Of a stretch of 64,000 bases of DNA, positions 60,243-64,000 are shown piece after piece. Origin of the DNA: Candidatus Bathyarchaeota archaeon. GTDB taxonomy: Archaea > Thermoproteota > Bathyarchaeia > Bathyarchaeales > Bathycorpusculaceae. The notes below the pieces were generated by a model that had not been told where the DNA came from, searched no databases, and saw nothing but the letters and a program-made list of their open reading frames with translations. The stretch covers positions 352,001-416,000 of the forward strand of contig CAWEPZ010000009.1 in assembly GCA_963811105.1 (NCBI GenBank). The letters are read 5' to 3'. The position numbers were made by a program, and so were the translations under genes. The number at the start of each line of letters is the position of its first letter. The stretch's first letter is position 1.

Positions 60243-60621
60243 TTAACCTTTGGACTTTGTAATCTATTTCATCTCTGATTTCTCGAACTTTTTCTATTGG
60301 CTTTCCTTTTGGATCCTCAAGTTTCCACTCGATTGTTGGTTTAAAGAAGGGTCCAGGACATATTCCTTGATCGTTGCAGCCCATTGTGACTATTAGGTCT
60401 GAATCCTGAGCCATCTGGAAAGTAAGCAATTTCGGCTTATTTGCAGATATATCAATGCCTTTTTCTTTCATGACTTTTACACCATCAGGGTTAACTGTTT
60501 CCGCAGGCTTGTTGCCAGCGCTAAGTATGACAAACTTATCTTTTCCGTACTTGTTGGCAAAAGCCTCGGCCATTTGACTTCTTCCAGCGTTCTCGACACA
60601 GACAAATAGAATCTTCTTCAA
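60226..60621 (-). CDS. arsC: Arsenate reductase, LMW-PTP family
   Basis: ILFVCVENAGRSQMAEA, TMGC...CP and W.LEDP...VR.IRD motifs. Confidence 0.9.
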   Translation of the reverse strand: MKKILFVCVENAGRSQMAEAFANKYGKDKFVILSAGNKPAETVNPDGVKVMKEKGIDISANKPKLLTFQMAQDSDLIVTMGCNDQGICPGPFFKPTIEWKLEDPKGKPIEKVREIRDEIDYKVQRLIEENE

Positions 60622-60962
60622 TGGTGATTTCCACCTATTTTAGCTCTTTTTTCGCTCTTTACGCTATACGTGTTTCTTAATTCCTTAACTATTTCATGAG
60701 TCTCCTTTTTGGATTGATGCTTAATAGCTCCGACTGGACATATTCCGTCGCATCCCGTGCATAATACTACACAAGAATTTGGGTTCCTAACAACTGACGT
60801 CTTTTTGCCGTCATGTTCTTCCAGTTCGTACACACCGAGCTTGCAGTAGTCCTCGCATTTTCCACAGCTGATGCACTTTTGGTAGTCTATCGTAGGGTAC
60901 CAAGGTATTTTATTTCGGGGGATTCCGTGCCAAGTTTCTTCCGGCATTCTCATCTCTTCCAT
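60618..60962 (-). CDS. 4Fe-4S ferredoxin family protein
   Basis: WHGIPR..IPWYPTID; CISCGKCEDYC and CVVLCTGCDGICP. Confidence 0.88.
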   Translation of the reverse strand: MEEMRMPEETWHGIPRNKIPWYPTIDYQKCISCGKCEDYCKLGVYELEEHDGKKTSVVRNPNSCVVLCTGCDGICPVGAIKHQSKKETHEIVKELRNTYSVKSEKRAKIGGNHH

Positions 60963-61020
60963 TTGTTCATTCCATTACTTTATAGCAACTTTTAAATATT
61001 GTTATTGATTATAAACAAAC

Positions 61021-61350
61021 ATGCCTAATAATCCGGAAAACAGAAATCGATTTAAATCGACAATTTTCCACGCCCTTGCCGATCCAATAAGGCTTGAAAT
61101 AATAGTCTATTTGAAAGATGGAGAAAAATGCGTATGTGAGATAGTTCCACATCTTAACCTTATTCAACCACTTGTTTCACGTCACCTGAAAATTCTAAAG
61201 GATGTAGGAATAGTCAGATGCCGAAAAGACGGAACAAAAAGAATGTATTCCATTGTAAACGGCGATATCTACCATGTGGTTAATGCATTGACCTCTGATC
61301 TTGTTAACGCCCTAACAAAAGAGGTATTTGAAAACGTAACATGTCCTTGA
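61021..61350 (+). CDS. arsR: ArsR/SmtB metalloregulator
   Basis: FHALADPIRL.I...EKCVCEI...Q..VSRHL..L. Confidence 0.88.
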   Translation: MPNNPENRNRFKSTIFHALADPIRLEIIVYLKDGEKCVCEIVPHLNLIQPLVSRHLKILKDVGIVRCRKDGTKRMYSIVNGDIYHVVNALTSDLVNALTKEVFENVTCP

Positions 61351-61391
61351 GGGATAAACCGTAAAAGTACCATATAAAAAGATTGAATGAT

Positions 61392-61553
61392 TTGATAGAA
61401 AAAGAAGTTAAGAAAGTCGTTCGGAAAGCATATTCCAAAATAGCCAGCAACTTGCCTGTGCTTATTCTTCTGAAATCGCACGTCTATTGCCTATATTGCA
61501 CTACCAAGAACACAGACAATTTAGTTCAGCATAGGTATTTTAGCTGGCGCTAA
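61392..61553 (+). pseudogene. Possible 5' remnant of arsenite methyltransferase (arsM)
   Basis: EKEVKKVVRKAYSKIA resembles the ArsM N-terminal helix; similarity is lost after about 19 codons. Confidence 0.4.
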
Positions 61554-61673
61554 TTTCTACGGGCTTTTGAAAAGGCGTAGATTAAACCAGAATTTTATTT
61601 TATACAATAGCTTGTTGAAAACGGCGCTATCAGCTAAAGCTGAACATAGAGAATTTAATTATTTGTGTTAATT

Positions 61674-61846
61674 TGGTGGGGCCGGCCGGATTTGAACCGA
61701 CGACCTTTACCCAAGAACCGCGCGAGGCAGTTCTTTACGGGTTTCTCTAGACACGCTCCAGAACTTCGTCATTCCTCTGGGCGAGGTCAGCAAACCCGTT
61801 GCTTGCTTCTGGAGCCCGTCGTCATACCTGTCTAGACTACGACCCC
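61674..61846 (-). tRNA. tRNA-Trp(CCA) with two introns (61743..61808 at 37/38; 61707..61736 at 43/44) and encoded CCA
   Basis: Acceptor GGGGTCG/CGGCCCC-ACCA, anticodon arm ACGGG-CT-CCA-GA-CCCGT and T arm GTCGG-TTCAAAT-CCGGC. Removing the 66- and 30-nt introns gives a 77-nt cloverleaf; both introns have BHB-like junctions. Confidence 0.92.
61743..61808 (-). ncRNA. Intron-encoded C/D box guide RNA acting on its own pre-tRNA-Trp
   Basis: ACGGGTTTG-CTGA guide plus D' box (N+5 rule gives C39), ATGACGA C' box, and TCTGGAGC complementary to the anticodon loop. Terminal C and D boxes are unclear. Confidence 0.65.
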
Positions 61847-61913
61847 ACGGGGCTGAAGCAAATAAGTGAATTTGCAAACATAAAAATATATTCGTTTTTC
61901 AAGGTAACTTGCT

Positions 61914-63047
61914 TTAAGAGTTTGCGTCGTCTGGAACAAACCGCCTTAGCTTCTGCAGAGAGCGTAGTTTTTCTTTTTCCCCAATTTTGGCTTGCTGGAC
62001 CGATTGCCTAAGGATTTGGATGGATTGATCCATTGCTTTGCGGTCAACGGGATAGGGTACGCCGTCTTTACCGCCAAATGCAAAACTGAATTTTACAGGG
62101 TCTTCCCAACTGGGTTTTTCACCATAAACGAGTTCCGCCACAAGAGCTAAACCCCTTACTGTAGCTGGTCCGACGCCTTTGACACTTAAGAGTTCCTCGT
62201 AGTTGTTGGGCTGGAATTCGTAGACTCGACTAAGCGTATCCCAGTTTATATTACGCGGCATGTTGAGGATATTTTGGGTTTGCCTTAATAGATCATTAGT
62301 TTTTGGGAGCCAATCTTGCAGGGATTTCTGGTTGAGTGGTTTTGCCGTGGATTGGATTAGGCTCATTAGTTTGCGTGTGGGTTCTTTTGCAAGGTCTACT
62401 GATGCTTTTCTTGTGCCTTCGCTGGTTTTTGCAACCATGTTTAGGGCTGTTTCACGTTTCATGTTTCCGACGATGGCGTTGTGGGGTTCAACAACAAAGT
62501 CCGTCACGTTTTCGGAGAGCCAGTGATAGCGTCTTGCTGTGCGATCTTCGCTGCTCATACCTTGCTGGATTACTGCCCATTTTTCATCCTTGGTTACTAG
62601 GAAGGCGTGATGGTAAAGTTGGTATCCTGCTTGAATCGCTGTGTTGTCAACTTTGGCCGCCATTTTGCTTTTGTAGGTTAGTGTCTTAATGGTTTCTTCT
62701 GAAAATCCGAATTTCTCTCCTGCCATAGCTATGTCGCTTGGGGTTTTCTTTGATGTTTTGCCTTTCCCCCCGCATACAGCGATGCCGTGATCTTCTGGTG
62801 AGATTGCGCCTTTGAGGATGCCTGTGACGACTGTTGTTACTCCGCTGCTGTGCCAGTCGTAGGCTAAGACGCATCCGAATGCTTGAAACCAGTACGGGTC
62901 AGATAAGCGTTGAATAAATGTGGTTGTGCCCTGCTCTTCAATCATGATGTTTGCTATTTCTTTTGCTAACTTACGCATACGTACAGTAAGCCATAGGGGT
63001 GCTTTGCCGCCGTGAAGGGGCAGGTTTGCAAAACCGGTTCTATACAT
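61914..63047 (-). CDS. DUF763 family protein
   Basis: LPLHGGKAP.WL, DWHSSG.TT, GGKG, YHH, QQGM, ARRYHW and FAFGGKDG.PYPV motifs. Confidence 0.92.
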   Translation of the reverse strand: MYRTGFANLPLHGGKAPLWLTVRMRKLAKEIANIMIEEQGTTTFIQRLSDPYWFQAFGCVLAYDWHSSGVTTVVTGILKGAISPEDHGIAVCGGKGKTSKKTPSDIAMAGEKFGFSEETIKTLTYKSKMAAKVDNTAIQAGYQLYHHAFLVTKDEKWAVIQQGMSSEDRTARRYHWLSENVTDFVVEPHNAIVGNMKRETALNMVAKTSEGTRKASVDLAKEPTRKLMSLIQSTAKPLNQKSLQDWLPKTNDLLRQTQNILNMPRNINWDTLSRVYEFQPNNYEELLSVKGVGPATVRGLALVAELVYGEKPSWEDPVKFSFAFGGKDGVPYPVDRKAMDQSIQILRQSVQQAKIGEKEKLRSLQKLRRFVPDDANS

Positions 63048-63599
63048 TATTAACTCACTGACGATGTTTTCAGATATGTGATTTATTTCTTGCTTGAAGG
63101 TATTTAGCTATTAGTGCTGTAAACGGCGCAATTTCTTTCTTTGTGTTTTGGGGTGCTTTTTTTTAAAATTAAGCTTAAATTATTTGCTGGTTGCGTATGA
63201 ATTCGTTGATTCGGCTAGATTTGTGCAGTTTCGTAAAGTTTCAGTTAAAAAGGTACGGAAAAGGTTGAAAAAGGAGGTTAGTTTTGCCGTTAACTCAAAG
63301 CGTTTCATTCAAAGTGCAGTTGCATAATCAGAATCCCTTTCATGGTACCAAAAGTGGTTCGATTACATTACAAGCTTGAGGCTACTCAACTGTTGAAAGT
63401 TACTTTAGAAATATTTGATTTAGTTTTTAACGAAAGTTTTGGCAAAAGTGTTTCTGGATGGTCTCACAACTGTTCCCAGGTGGGTTGGTGACCCGCTGAA
63501 ACAAAAAATGCCGACCTTAAGGCTTACTTCTTTTAGGTAACGCCTGAACCATATGATTATTTGCGACACGCCAAAAAAAGATTGCCTTCTTTGTCTTCT

Positions 63600-64000
63600 T
63601 CACGAAAGCAGCAAAGTTCCGGCTACCCTAAGTTTCGCGCCTTCTAAATACATTAGTACTGCTTTATCGTTTGGGCGGTAGACAAGTGGTTTATCCAACG
63701 CTAAAGTTAAAGTGGGTTTTTTAGGGTCATCGGTTTCAGAAACAGCGTCTACTTTCGCAGTTATGAATTGTGTCCAATGACCAATATGCATAACCATGCC
63801 GGGTTTTATCGGCGTCTGCCAATATTTAATCAATGAAGCTTGAGTTTCCAGTTTAGATGATGTCTTAATTGATGGATCATTTGTTAAAACTGCTCCACGA
63901 TCTAAATCTTCAACCTCTATATTCTTTAATGCAAGCCCCACCCGGTCGCCTACACCAGCAACGTCAAATTCGTCATCGTGTTTTTGGATTGAGCGAACCT
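63600..64000 (-). CDS. EF-Tu/SelB-like translation-factor homolog, C-terminal part (5' end outside window)
   Basis: VRSIQKHDDEFDVAGVGDRVGLALKNIEVEDLDRG (domain II) plus a domain III-like tail. Confidence 0.75.
   Translation of the reverse strand, partial: VRSIQKHDDEFDVAGVGDRVGLALKNIEVEDLDRGAVLTNDPSIKTSSKLETQASLIKYWQTPIKPGMVMHIGHWTQFITAKVDAVSETDDPKKPTLTLALDKPLVYRPNDKAVLMYLEGAKLRVAGTLLLS

Noticed and set aside
63450-63502. Possible C/D sRNA (GTTTC...CTGAAAC terminal stem, weak similarity to a 23S antisense)
   Set aside because: No convincing C box and the guide match is imperfect.

Overview
Archaeal genomic window, most consistent with Bathyarchaeia (inferred from gene content and protein style; no marker tree was run). 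Bases 1-5 kb hold decayed mobile-element debris. Bases 5-37 kb are mostly core genes: nreA, DNA ligase, thioredoxin, NiCoT/nikR with a clear NikR operator, nadA, galT, glycogen debranching enzyme, tpiA, rnhB, fibrillarin, nop5 and pyrB. This part also has an ArsR-HTH/ATP-cone/NrdD fusion that lacks all class III RNR catalytic motifs. Bases 37-61.7 kb look accessory and are dominated by a ~10.4 kb haloarchaeal-style gas vesicle (gvp) operon: A, C-like, N, O, F, G, J x2, K, L and M-like. The operon carries unusual additions: a MEDS-PadR regulator, Zn-ribbon GvpJs, a GvpF/L-J-domain fusion next to its own DnaK, and a GvpM-GRAM/PH fusion. It lies back-to-back with a Phr/HSR1-like regulator, CDC48 and Hsp20 genes. 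The window ends with an ars remnant, a tRNA-Trp(CCA) with two BHB introns (one carrying C/D guides), DUF763 and a partial EF-Tu/SelB-like gene. Several genes, including dnaK, are broken by the same CT->CTT / AG->AAG single-base insertion, which points to a systematic sequencing error. All calls come from reading motifs by eye; no searches were run.
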